DNA of 64,000 nt from Psammoneis japonica (lineage: Eukaryota). A program made the translations under genes and the position numbers. Shown here piece by piece: positions 13,173 to 25,675 of this stretch. A model generated the notes under the pieces. That model was not told where the DNA came from and did no database searches. It was given only the letters and a program-made list of their open reading frames with translations. Location: positions 1 to 64,000 of the forward strand of contig QPGO01000278.1 of NCBI GenBank assembly GCA_008632985.1, given 5' to 3'. The stretch's first letter is position 1. Every line of letters begins with the position of its first letter.

Positions 13173-14117
13173 ACAAACAACACACAATTGTGAACATGCA
13201 CATGACAGTCGCACACTGCATTCGCCTCCCCACTGGGCAAAAATTAATTTGGTGTTTCGCGTGACAGTCTGGCAGGGCTTGGATGGCCGTCGCAAAAAAG
13301 GCACATGCAGAAAGTGCGCCAGTTTCTACATGCACAAGCAAACACCACACAAAGACTTTGAGGAGCCACACGCAGAATGTGCGCTAAATGTCACATGCAC
13401 AAATGTCTTGACAGAAAATGGTGACACCAACGGAATGACGGCACGCACGCATGCACGCACAAAAGATGAATGACCACTGTCTTGCTGTCGCACCTGCATG
13501 CTGTGTCCTGCGAGAGGGCACACGCAGCCAAATTTCAGTGCCAGGCACTGCATGCAGTTAAAGTCTGCCATGCAGAACCTGGCACTAATTCTGCGCATGT
13601 CCAAAATTCGTGGCAGGCAGGCAGTGCTTCAGACAGAAATGTCGCACGAAACACCACATTGATTTTTAGCCGGCTGGTTGCACATTGGAGTCATTCATCA
13701 AGTGGAGTGATTCAACGGACATTGACGTTGTCAACAATGTCTCCACGTCAACTGCATTGTGCCATTGGCAATGACTGTTGTTGTTTTGCACAGGCCAGCA
13801 CGGGGCCGTTTCAATTTCCAAATGTCTTTCAAGAGCACCATGGTTTGTCTCGCGCTTTGTGTGCACACACAATGCTCTCTGTGTGTGCACACATGAGCAC
13901 ACTGCAGTGTTGCATCAAGCATTCTCTCTGACAGCATTTTGTTCATGTGGACACAAGGACCAATTGTCCTGCTGTTCTTTCATGGTGTCGATTGCACACA
14001 GCATGTTGCCCAGCACTCGATGTGCGCTCTTGGTTGGCGTTCACTTGCTTGCTTGTGGATTTCGTGCAGTTTGGCGGGCTCACTTCATGTGCCACATTGC
14101 TCTGCTGCACTGCCATG

Positions 14118-14138
14118 CAACCCTGACCCTAACCCCAA
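14118..14138 (+). repeat. Short degenerate (CCCTAA)n telomere-type tract
   Basis: CAA CCCTGA CCCTAA CCCCAA reads as CCCTAA units with TA changed to TG or CA. Confidence 0.55.
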
Positions 14139-14628
14139 GGTGGCACGGGTGCAAAAGTGGGCCAGACTCTACGTGTGCAGAGCTTGGCATGTTTTCTACA
14201 CAAATCGCCAAAGTCGGCTCGCCAACTTGAGTCCTCTCCCGGATGATGGAAACTTGGACATTTCACACAACAAAGTGTTTTGACTGCTTGGTTGCACTCT
14301 CCTCGACTTGTTTGGGGAGAGAAGTTACAAGTTTTCACAGGTTTCTGAGGATGCACAACGAATCTAATCAGAAAGGTGCCGAAATTGCAACGTTCGAGTT
14401 TTGCAGAGCCATGCAAAACAAGAAACCCATGGAAACTTGTGACTTCTCTTCATGAACAAGTTGAGGGGAGTGCAGTTGAGCAGTCCAAACACTTTGTCAT
14501 GTGAAATGTCCAAGTTTCCATCATCCTGGAGAGGGTTCAAGTTGGCGAGCCGACTTTGGCAATTTGTGTGGAAAACATGCCAAGCTCTGCGTGCGCAGGA
14601 TCTGGCCCACTTTTGCACCCATGCCACC
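14139..14628. mobile_element. MITE / foldback element with ~210-bp terminal inverted repeats, PIF/Harbinger (Tourist)-like
   Basis: 14139-14347 is the reverse complement of 14421-14628 (GGTGGCAYGGGTGCAAAAGTGGGCCAGA...). Flanks CAA and TGA fit a mutated TAA target duplication. Confidence 0.85.
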
Positions 14629-14799
14629 TGAGCAGCAATTGACGATGGTCAAGGATGTGACCATTTGGTCTTGACAATCAATTCTGTGATGGTTGTGAAC
14701 TCCATTGTGATTTTTTGCACTTCAACCATCCATCAGTTGGATTTTAATCATCATTTGGACGTTTCTTTTTGACATGCTGGCATCATTTTGTCATTCCGA

Positions 14800-17700
14800 A
14801 GGCACTGCTTTCGTGCACTGAGTGGACAAATGTCCATTTTTCTTTTCTTCTTCTGAATGTTTGGCACATCTCGTGTGTCCACATGATGCACGTTTTAATG
14901 TCTTGCCTCGCACATTGTACGGTGCAACCGTGCGGTGTTGTGAGATTGTCTTTTGCCAGTGTGAAGTGGATGCCACAATTGTGCGCCAATCTGTCACAGA
15001 GTTTTTTTTCAACCGTCCTTGTGTGAGACGATTTTGTCCTTGTGACATGAGCATTTTTCGATCTCGCTCCCTCCACGAAAAGTGCTTGCATGACATGTTG
15101 CGTCCGACAATTTGGAGGGAATGTCTTCACCCCATTTTAACGGCGGGACATTGTCGCAGGATTCAATTTTCCATGCTGTGCAGCAGCAAGTCGGCTGATC
15201 GTGTCCACTGTGCCGCATCACCAGAGGTGCACAAATCGTCTTGTCGTCCACACGTGTGCTTCCTTGCATGCAATCAATGTGCAAACGACAAATCATTTTG
15301 TCGTTGGTGTGCGCGCTGAGTGTGTGAGTGCGCATGTGCGAATGACAACAGACGATTCATGCACCTCTGCTGTGTCGCGACGATGTTTGCCTTGCCCTTG
15401 ATGTGTTTTAATTCGGGGCTGAAGTTTTCTGTTGCAAGTTGTCAATGCATGACTTTGCCCGTTGTGCCCTGTGATCCGTGTGTGTGTCAATTTGTTGGCC
15501 AAACAGTGCTGCATGTTTCGGAATTTTATGAGTGTTTCCACCATGGACAGAAGTTCTTTTTTCCGTTGTGACATGTGACATTGAAATTTGTGTGTGACAA
15601 CAACACAGTTTTTGATTTGGTGTGCTCCATGTTTTCAGAGACTTTTTGTTCCACACTTGTGCTTTTGCCGTTTGACCTTTGTTGAGATGAATTTGGCTGG
15701 CATTGTGCAGGAGATCATTGAGATCACATGTCTCGACAGCAGTGACGTGTGACAATGAGATGTTGCAGTGTTCTTTTGCGTTTTTCTCAGTGTTGCGATT
15801 GCTTGAATCACCTCCATTTTCTCAGCAATTGATTGCATGTCATTGCACATGGAAGTCTTGACAGTTTGTTTCAAGTTAAAAAGTGAAGGACTTTTTGTTG
15901 TTGACCTTCCAAGCGACTGTTCTAGTCGCACGAATGCCGTTTCAAGTGTCACTTGCACAGGCGACATTTTGAAGTCACTTTTTGTCAGGCACAAACGATC
16001 ACACACAGTTGTTCTGACAACTTCAAACCTGTCATGAGTTCACTCATGTGTTGCACAAAAATGTCTGGGGCTCTGTGGCTTCTCATTGGAAGTTCACAGT
16101 GCTTGTTTTCTCCCCACAGCATGATTTTCGTGTTGGCACTGCATGTGCTTTTTTAATTTGATGTGACAGTGTCCCACGTTCAAATCAAGCAAGGTCATGC
16201 ATGTGAAACCTTCCAGTTTCTGAAGTGCATCCTGAACATTTGGCAGAGGATGCAGCGTGCATGCTGGCCTCTCACTCAGTTCACGAAAGTTGGGCAGAAA
16301 CCAAGCTTTGACCATTTTTCCACTTTTTAAAGGTCGGAGCTGTCCATTCAGAATGGTTTGTTTTTCTTTAGGACTTTTAGCTTGCAGAGCCTTTCAACCC
16401 ACTCACAAGTCGCCTCCAAGGCTTGTGGAAACAGGAAACCTTTCGCGTGATGCAGTTTCAAGCCAGACTTCACTGCGAGGTTTTCCAGTCCACTCACCTG
16501 GAGAACCATCAAAAAGAGATTCAAATCTTTTCAAAGGGAAGATCAATGGCTTCTGCTCCTCTGGAGTCAGGCAAGTTGCTGCAGCTGTCACATCATTGAG
16601 GTTGGAAGCATGACAATGTGAGTCGAGGACCATTGGCTCCGTTGTTGACTCTGTTCACGGCATCATGTTTTTCAATGTGATTGGCACTCAGCTGGATGAC
16701 ATCGGCTTCAAAGAGTGGATCAACATTCTTCATAGATGTGGTTGCTTCTTCCTCTTTGATTTCTTCATTTGCACAGTCCAATGTGATTTCAAGACTGGAC
16801 ATTGAGTCGTGTCTCATGATCATGTCACATGGACTTGAAGAAGATTGTTGTTGTCAACACATCATGTTGTTGGCATCATTGCATGCTTGTCAAATTCAGG
16901 CGAAGAGAACTGCATTGAACAGCGACCATCAGTCGTGAAGAGTCACCCTTGGTTTCCCAAGTTTTGGCAGCGGATTTCTTCATTCTCACTTCAGCGTGAA
17001 TTTGCGCAAAATTGTGGATGACGATGTTCTTTGATGAAAAGAACGGCACTGAAGCTTGTTTTTTGCATTCCTCAGAGAAGTGCTTGCATGAACAGCGAGG
17101 ATGGGACCAGCACAACACACTGTGATGCTTTTTCTGGATTGCCAGACGTCCTGCAATGTGCTGTGCTCCTTGAGTGGTGCAATTTTTTGATCGGAGTCGA
17201 TTGGATCAATTTTTCCAAATTGACAGTTTCATTCATTGAGCGTTTTAGAGTCGTAATTTTCACTCTTGTTGTTTTGTTCCTTTGCCAAGGAACTCACTTC
17301 AATTGTTTTTGTGAACCACCTGGTCACTGTGGCGTTCAATTCCTCTTTCACAGAGGTGTTTTTCTGCCATCATCACATCGCGTGCAATTGCTGTTAGAGT
17401 GTCACATTTTTGGGTCTGATGCGTTCCAGCCCTGGGTGGGACTCCGTGTGACATTGGGCCCGCAGAATTCTGCGTGCGAGCTCCGCAGTGCGAGAATTTA
17501 ATCAATGGATGTGTTTGTCTTCAACATCAAACAAACGGCCAAGTTTGTGGTGCAATTGTGCCTCTTGCCACTCGACGTTTTTGCAAATTTGCCTGCCCTG
17601 CGCGATTCTCAAGACATCACAGAATCGCGCTGTAACAAAAAATGTCAAAAGTTGTTGGATGGATCGCTCAATGAGTGCACCGTGAAATGACACAAAATGT
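14800..17700 (-). mobile_element. Heavily decayed Ty3/gypsy element G2 (gag-pol remnants)
   Basis: Minus-strand fragments MIMRHDSMSSLEITLD (PR), FESLFDGSPGEWTGKP, NFRELS..HPLPNVQDALQKLEGF..LDLNVGHCHIKL (RT) and KELLSMVETLIKFRN (RNase H) lie in gypsy order and parallel G1. Ends are approximate. Confidence 0.8.
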
Positions 17701-18169
17701 CAAAAAAAATCACGCAGAAATCTGTGTGCGTGACATGCGACAAGATTCAAAAAACTGTCGATGTCACAGTTCAGCAGTGTGAGGCCCCACCTGGACCTGG
17801 AACGCACTGTCTCTCTCAGAGCCACCCTTGCACTCTTTTTGCTGCTCCATTTTCAGAATGGGCTTCAATCCATGATGGAGGTGTTCTTTTTTTCAAAGAT
17901 TGGACCTCTTGTTCACTTTTGATTGTTCAGGTGCCATGCAGGAGACCATTTTTGGAACCAAATTTGGAACCATTTTGGTTTTGGAATCAACTCCACTGTC
18001 AGAGCCTGATTTGACATGTTTTTTTGTCATGGACGTCTTCAACGACCTTTGGATGACTCAAAACTTAATCAGCTCATCAAGGATGAGTTCCAACAGTTGA
18101 TTGTTTTGGACAGTAGACTGATGCCGCCATCCTTGCGGTGCAAGTGACAGCTGACAGCTCACGCCTTGG

Positions 18170-19083
18170 TTTCCCGCTGGACTCAACTTGGAATCGATTG
18201 AAGGGTCGCACAGACACTCTTCATTGACCTCTTGGGTCCAACAGGCACTCTCTTGCTGCTGAGAGCCTTTGGTTTCTTCAGATCATCTCGAAAATGACAG
18301 CTCTGATTCTGAAGTGTAATTTCTTGGAAGACATGAGTTGAGAGACTCTTGAAGTTCTTTTCAACGGTTTCTTCTTGGTCTTCAGACTCGAGGCTCGTTG
18401 ACTTGGTCTCTAAAAACTCTCCAATGGTCTCTCCTTGAACAGCAGATGCATTTCTCGGACCTGATCGACTTGAGACTTGAAATTCCATCCAACCATGACT
18501 TGGGGCAGATGTTTCAACAATGCTGTGCTCTTGTAGAGTCCTTGGTCCTGAGGTGCTTGAAATGGATTGCACTGGAACGAATCCTCTTGTCTTGCAGACG
18601 AAAAATGGGGTTCCATCTTGAGGCACTGCTCGGATTGAACTGCTTCCGCTCGGAAATCGATTCCAGCAGAACCAGCGCATTTCGCACCTGCTCATGGAAG
18701 AATTTGCAAAGGCACACTGGCCAAAATTTTCATGTTCCGTGTTTTTACCTTCTGTGGCACAATGCACTGTGCTTGAAGAACGAGTGTGAACGAAAGTGGA
18801 ATCAAGCATGAAAAGTGAAAATTGTGAGATTAAATTTTGCTCTGTGATTTTTGGTTTCTCTGAACAAGTTCTCAATGGCCCAAAGCTTCTACACTGTTTC
18901 TACAGACAAAAGGCCTTTCGGAGAATGTGTTCCTGACAACAGATTGTCCGGATGTGATTGCCATTGACACACAAGATGTCAACATCGTCAATGGATTGTG
19001 TTTGCAATTTTCGACATCCGATCAACTCTGTGTGATTGTTCTGTCCTTTGTGCACACCCACGACTGTGGTGCGATTGACACAT
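18170..19083. repeat. Dispersed repeat R1 copy 2, cut at its right end by Copia C
   Basis: Collinear with 12255-13172. Confidence 0.9.
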
Positions 19084-19267
19084 TGAACAAATGCTGCCAT
19101 GAAAGCTGAGAATTGGGTGCAAGACAAGACAGAGTGTTGAACAGCATCAACAGGTTCTGGAATTGTGAGATGTTGCGCTGCTGGGACCACCAAATGAGCG
19201 ACAGTGGACCAATTGCCAACAGTGCACAAACTGCCTGCATTCGTGACAGCATGTCAGCATTTGTTCA
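19084..19267 (-). repeat. 3' LTR of C
   Basis: Ungapped match to 25492-25675; 18-bp terminal inverted repeat TGAACAAATGCTG[C/A]CATG. Confidence 0.9.
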
Positions 19268-19489
19268 GTCCCCTCGAACTGACACTGGCTCCACTCGGGC
19301 CACAGATTCACAGACAAATGCAAGCTGATGCTGCCCTGTTCCAGGGTGGCATTTTAATTTTGATTTTGGGGATGGGAAAAGCCGCACCTGCACGGCAAAC
19401 CCACTTTGGTTTGTCCCCTTTTGGGACTCACCACGGGACATGACTTGTGATTTCCCAGAGCTTCGGTCCAGGCAACAACTTGGTTGGTG

Positions 19490-22400
19490 CACCCGCTAAA
19501 TTCAATGCACGCCATTCCAGTGGCTTGTGCCTCACGAGTCCTGTGACAGGCAACTGCATTGTGCTTCTTCTTTAAAGTGGACTCTGGCTCAGTTGAGTTC
19601 TTGAAGACAGCCTCATTGTCGCAGAAAACGTCAGTGGCCCCATCCATGGGGATTCCGAGCATCCGAAGCTTGCGACGCAATGCTTCAATTGGCTCCACTG
19701 CGGTCTTCATAGCCACGAACTCCGACCCAAAAGCAGAGGACTCTACGGCATTCTGCCGCTTAGAGCAACACAAGATGGGCGCTTGTTGGATGAATGTCAG
19801 GATCCCAGTGTGGGACCTGCGTGTCACACGGCATCTGGCATGATCAGCGCCGACAAAGCAAGCAGTGGTCATGCCATTCCCGCGTGCCTCCGGCACATTC
19901 GGCGGCATTGGTTCAGCCGCGCCAGGGCAATGTTCTTCCCAATTGCACTTGGCAAAATGACTCTTGTCAAAGACAGGCTCAGTGTCGTCGAACACCAGCA
20001 CAGACTCAGAGCGAGCCTTCAAGCATGCAAAGATGTGGAGCACCTCGTCCAGGTGTCCAACTCGTGGTGCCACTGGGCAGGAGGACATGAGCAAGACAGC
20101 GACAAAAATGTCCACTCGCCCTGGCTCAACTGCCCATCGCAGCACACCAACAAGGCCTTGGCAGCAGTTGGCCGTTTTGGCATTCAACTCAGGTGAGCCA
20201 TCCAGCTCAGGCCTGTGGCCCGAGCTCAAGGGGTCGACGCCTTCGTCGGAAGACGCCTGTCAGTTTTCTCAAGCTCTGACTCAACATCAGCTGATGCCCT
20301 TTTGACACAAAGGTCAGAGGACATGGCCCAGCGTGTCACACTGTCCGAGTCAGACAGCTGGCACTTTCTGACCTGGGCGCCTGAGTGCTCTTCTGGCTCG
20401 CAGACACTTCCGTCCTTGAGCTTGCACCTGGAGCTCATGTGATCCATGACCTTCTGAGGTTCATGGGAGACACACAACAAGTTGTCCACGTAGACAAGCA
20501 CATGTTTCCAGTGCTTGAAGCCACCCGGCTTAACCACAGCTCGCATCCAGATGTCCGGGTCAGCCTCACAAGACTCAAACCCAGCATCACGCAAAGTGGC
20601 TGCCACATGTTCCCCAAATCTTGCACCTGAAGACTTGAGACCATGCAAGGCACGGACAATGATCACCGGCCTTCCCTCGTCATGCTTCCCAAATTCCAGG
20701 CCAGCAGCAGCACAACACTTTTCCTTGGTGTGTGCGTTCAAGCAGGCATTCTGAACATCAGCACTCAGGACCTCCAGGTCATTCAGAGCTGCTGTGGTGA
20801 ATGCCATCCCAATGCTGTCACGCCACACCACGCTGGAATGGGTCGATTCCTTCGGTGGATCGGTTTGATGGCCTCTGGCCACGAACCTCGCTTTACGTTG
20901 GAGGGTGCTCTTGATGTCAAAGATCATGTGACAATCAACATGTTTGCACCCGACCAGTGCAGCATTGTCATCGCGGAATTCGAATGCGGGCATGACGTTG
21001 CGCATTTCCTTTTCGATGGCCATGAACCAGAAGTCAGTCCCTGTTCTGTTGTCTGTTTCCACAGCTTCCTTGACAGATTTCGAGAGTTCAATTCCGAACT
21101 CATGCGCACGTTTCCAGCAGCGCGACTTGACTTTCTTCAGGATCCTTGACCTGCGATGCAAGACGTCTTGGACCCACCAGTTAAAAGCTGGCTAACTGGC
21201 CACCTTGTTCTCTGCAGCACTCTCAGCAACCTTGACTGGATTGGATTCCTTCAAATCCTTGAGGGGAACCCAGGATGCAGTCCCATCCTTCCACTCAACT
21301 TGCAGGTCCCAGCCTGCGGTCGTCCTCCCAGGAGCGTGCCTGCCAGTCTCAGTTGTCATGCACCCATCATCAGCCGTTGCGGCACGGGCATCACGTTGGT
21401 GATCGACTGTCTCCTTCATAATCTGGCAGGCATTCCCTTCAGAGTCGATCTGAGCAAACAGGTTCTCTGCAATGATCAGTGGATCCGTCAGGAAACCATC
21501 GCATGTCCTCAAGTCCAGGACAGGGTTGTCGTTCCCAGTGCCAATGGGAACCCCGTTGCTGTCTCGTTTGCGTGCAATGACCCTGGCATGAGTCAGCTCG
21601 CCTCCACGTGGTGACATGACTTGAGCTGTGAGACATTCATCTGGCCCCTCCGGGGCACACTCATCAGCTTCTGGTTTGGAAGCGTTGGGTTCCACGGGTT
21701 CAACGGCATCGTCCCATTTGTCCATGAAGTCGTCAGGGGGTTCAGGGAAGTCAGCATTGGTGTCCTGTTCCGGGATGTTGAGCCATTCGATCAAAGCCTG
21801 ATTGACCAATGCAAGATCCGTTTGGATTGCCGGAGTTTTAAGGTCATCCTCCGGCATGGCCCGTGCATCTTTCCAAATGATGGGTCTGCCTGATTTGGGC
21901 AGGACAACAAATGCCATGTCGTCAGTGCAGTTGTCAGCCACTCCAAGCCAACGGCCAATGCACTTTTTCTCGTGTGGGAACTCCGCCACAGGCATGTAGC
22001 AACAGACATGTTGACACCAGTCAAAGAGAGAGAGGGACGAAGTGTCAGGTGTTGAACCTGTCACCTCCTCTTCTGGGACTCGTCCTCCCATGTCCGACAT
22101 GCTGTTCGCAATCATGCATTGGGTGTCACATGTCCATTTGGCACTGTGGGGTCAAAGTCACCTGTGAGTGCCAGTCCGGCGTAGAGTCACACGGACTCTC
22201 TTCTTCAGGGGCTGCACAGGGTGGACACCTCCTGGTGTGTCCTGCATTCCTTGCATGTCTCCTTGGTCTGGCCTTCCGCCATTTCCGGCGTGCCATCCGA
22301 CACAAGGACTTGTGGCACGCCAACGTCATGCATGTGTGACATGACAGCATTTGGGTGGTCCTGTTTCCTCTTCCAAGGACAGAACCTGTCACACCCTCTT

Positions 22401-23440
22401 CCATTGGCAAACACACTTCCTCCTGTCTCCCCATGCATCGATTTAACCTTCGAAAACATCTGGTCAGAGTAGAAGCGTCCTTTGACAGCAGGGAACTTAA
22501 GCCAAGGGGCTTTCTTCCGGACTTTCCGTTCAGCTGGTGTGCAGACATTACGGACCCCTGCCTGGGTCGTCACTCTGAGGGTGTTCTCAGTGGCCATCAG
22601 ACCAATGTGCCACATTTTGGAGAGTGTCTCGGGTGTGACAGTCGATGCACGACTCGAGGTTGACAGTGCATGCATCCGTTTCCGCTCGGCACAATCCGGG
22701 TGGACATCCAGGTCGTGCCGGTCATGTAGCCCGTCTCCCTCAATGTTGTTGTGGGAGACATTCACCTGAGCAACCAGGCGGTGACACAGAGAGTCGTCGT
22801 CATTGGTGTCCACAATGACACCCTCGTTGTGATGGGACGTTTGACATGAATGAATTGAAGCAACACACCTGGTCGCATTCATCATCATTGCCTGTCCGTC
22901 AGACTTCACTGATCCTTGGTGCACACTGGCACACACATGCACTTCCTCCTTTTGTGCCATGGCATCAGCAGAAGGCTCCCATTTCAGGGGTGATGTGAGT
23001 TCCAGCCGGGGGAGGTTCTCCAGATCCTCCTTTGTCGGCTTGTGTGAGTCAAAGACTGAAGCAACACCTCGCATGCGCAATGGCATCCTGATCGTTGAGT
23101 CAGGGAAAGAAATGGAGTGTGTGCCATTCGGGTCAAACTGGCGAGGGGTGTCATGGACAGTCAGTCCATTTGCTCGCAGTTGGTTGGGGCACAGCAGAGT
23201 GTCAGTCAACCTGTCCCCGAAAAACACAGCCTCATGGACTGACAGTGGGCATGGTTGTCCATCAGTTGGGTCAACCCACAAGGTGGCAGCCGTGCAAACA
23301 GGAATGTTTTTCATTGGTGCATGCTCTTTGGAGCAAGGGTGCACCACGACAGTTCTGTCGACATCAGAGCACATGTGAAATTGGACCCAACAGCACACGT
23401 GTCAGCGTGCGAGTCCAAATCATTGGTTGCTTCACCATCT
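19490..23440 (-). pseudogene. pol: Copia C pol (PR, IN, RT, RNase H), frameshifted
   Basis: LDSHADT, VSDGTPEM, RKARFVA, ADVQNACLNA, RALHGLKSSG, YVDNLL, VESSAFGSEFVA, FCDNEAV, KKKHNAVACH. Confidence 0.9.
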
Positions 23441-23524
23441 GAATGTCCAGCAGATGACAAAGAGACACATGTGTCCTGGTTTAGCAACAGTCGGTTCTAT
23501 GCCTTTCAGTGCTGGTGCAACTGT

Positions 23525-24946
23525 TCATTCCTCCTTCTGAGGTTTCTTGTGCACGCCATGTCCGAACTGTGTGCCTGCATTGGTGGCAGGTTTGTCCGAC
23601 TCTTCGGAGTCCTTTTGTTCATCAGTGGGTTTAGGTTCAGGCTCGGCAACAGCCACCTTCTTAACAGCATGCGTTTCGGTGTTGACCGATTCAGCCTCCA
23701 AGGATGCAGCTGCAGCTTTGCATTTCTTCTCGGCTTCCTTGGCATCGCACAGCTTCTTGACCTGCTCTTGCCAAGGCCTGTCAAGAGCACTCCACTCTTC
23801 AACAGGATGATGGCCTGCCCGGATCCTGGGCTCATCCTTTTTGGGTTGGTGCTTTCCACCAGGGTTTCCATGCCGGTTGTTGCGGCGTTGGACGGACGCG
23901 ATTCCTCGAGCATCCGCGTTGCTGTTCTTAGAATTCTCTGCCAGAGTCTTCATGTGCTGCTGGCATGCCTCAAAATCCGTGAGCTTCATTGGGTCCCCAT
24001 CCACTGCACTCTTGCCAGTTTCCAACCTGGGGTCGGAAACACCCTTTAGAAAGTCAGAGACCTTCTTGGTCTCGGCCACCGGCTCATCAAGCTCGGACAA
24101 GTGGTTGTGAGCCTTTTGATGATGCTGAGCGCACTGGTCGAAAGTTAATCGCCCCCGTCTGGTGCACTTCGTGGCAGCAATCTGTGCATGGGCATGGTTC
24201 TTTTGGGCAGTGGCGGCAGCCGATCCTTCTGCCTGCCTCTTGAGTGCAAAGAAAGCAGTGCGACCATCGCGATTGCGATTGGAATGTTTGACAAAAGCCC
24301 ATCCGGGCCCACCTGTCACTGGCTTCTTCAAGAGATCACACAGGCGTTGCCCATTCTGTGCATGCTGAGCTCCTGCAAGTCGAGTGGCAGCAATGAGATC
24401 CTTGTCAATGGCAGTGCAGGCAGCAGCCAACATTTCGGCGGTGACGTCTTCATGCTCCCCAGTTGGGCAGACAAGGGGCACGCCGGTGACGGTGCTGTGG
24501 TGGTGGCATGGTTTGGTCTCCAGCAACTCCTGGAAGGCAGGCCAGTCACACAGATTCTTGAGTTCCATGGCCGTCTTGGCAGCCAATTCATCGTCTGAGT
24601 CTGCTGACTTGAGTTGTTCCAGTTCTGTGAGACGTGCCGTCCATGTTCCAATGATGTTGCCAGTGAAGAGAGCAGCGGTCGGCTGTTGGTTTTGGGCTCT
24701 GCTGCAGTCAATCCATGCATGCAGTGCCTTGAGCTTGCGATTTGCCAGGTGTGGGAAGCGGACTTGGGGGTTGGCGGCGGTGTCCACGCTCTTCACAATG
24801 CCCTCAGTCATGTCAGCAATTTCTGCCAAAGGGACCTGTTCCAAGTCCTTGACAGCAGCAAAGCCTTGGCGGGCTGTGTGGGCATGCATCTGCGCATTGC
24901 ATCCACAACGCGTGAGACAGGCGGCAAAGGCTGTGGCAGCGGCCAT
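23525..24946 (-). CDS. gag: Copia C gag (473 aa, no tyrosine left)
   Basis: Long ORF upstream of the protease with DGRTAFFALK..EG and ETKKVSDFLKGVSDP motifs. Confidence 0.8.
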   Translation of the reverse strand: MAAATAFAACLTRCGCNAQMHAHTARQGFAAVKDLEQVPLAEIADMTEGIVKSVDTAANPQVRFPHLANRKLKALHAWIDCSRAQNQQPTAALFTGNIIGTWTARLTELEQLKSADSDDELAAKTAMELKNLCDWPAFQELLETKPCHHHSTVTGVPLVCPTGEHEDVTAEMLAAACTAIDKDLIAATRLAGAQHAQNGQRLCDLLKKPVTGGPGWAFVKHSNRNRDGRTAFFALKRQAEGSAAATAQKNHAHAQIAATKCTRRGRLTFDQCAQHHQKAHNHLSELDEPVAETKKVSDFLKGVSDPRLETGKSAVDGDPMKLTDFEACQQHMKTLAENSKNSNADARGIASVQRRNNRHGNPGGKHQPKKDEPRIRAGHHPVEEWSALDRPWQEQVKKLCDAKEAEKKCKAAAASLEAESVNTETHAVKKVAVAEPEPKPTDEQKDSEESDKPATNAGTQFGHGVHKKPQKEE

Positions 24947-25491
24947 GGTGTGTCAGCAGTTGTTCGCGTTTCGATGCGTGAGCATCCACTTGTGTGAGTG
25001 GAGGAAAGTGAGAAAAATGTGTGGTTCTCGCGCAGATTTGGCGGTTTCCACTTGGCAAACCCGCGAGCAGGCGGTGTTGCTCCTGAGTGATGACATCCAA
25101 CAGACATGTGTCCACATGCACAGTGTCGTAACAATTCGACAACGTGTTTTTGTTAATCAAATGTGCACAGTCAAAAACAGACCTCAACACACAAATCATT
25201 GTGTCATCTGTGTCACGGATGTTTGTGTGCCCTAGCCAACATGTTCCATCCACTTGATCAAACATTCCATCCACTGACGTCATGTCTGACGGATCACAGC
25301 TCTGGTCTCCAAGAGCACATTGTTCACATCCATGAATGTTGACACACACAAAGGACTCAGCGATTGCGTGAGCAACCATGGGACCAACATGGCGCTTGCT
25401 GCAAAAATCGATCGATCGCAACGATGCCGTTGCACCATTCGCGATGCCCGTTCCAGGCGATGAACATCACAGCGCGTTGGCTCTGACAAAG

Positions 25492-25675
25492 TGAATGAAC
25501 ACTGCCATGGTGGCTAAGAATTGGGTGCAAGACAAGACAGAGTGTTGAACAGCATCAACAGGTTCTAGAATTGTGAGATGTTGCACTGCCGGGGCCACCA
25601 AATGAGCGACAGTGGACCAATCACCAACAGCACATAAACTGCCTGTGTTCGTGACAGCATGTCAGCATTCATTTG
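25492..25675 (-). repeat. 5' LTR of C
   Basis: Direct repeat of 19084-19267. Confidence 0.9.

Larger units (their letters stand above)
19084..25675 (-). mobile_element. Ty1/copia (CoDi-like) element C, full length with both LTRs
   Basis: 184-bp direct repeats at 19084-19267 and 25492-25675. PBS-like CTTTGTCAGAGCC after the 5' LTR, PPT GAGGGGAC before the 3' LTR, order gag-PR-IN-RT-RH. No matching TSD. Confidence 0.93.
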
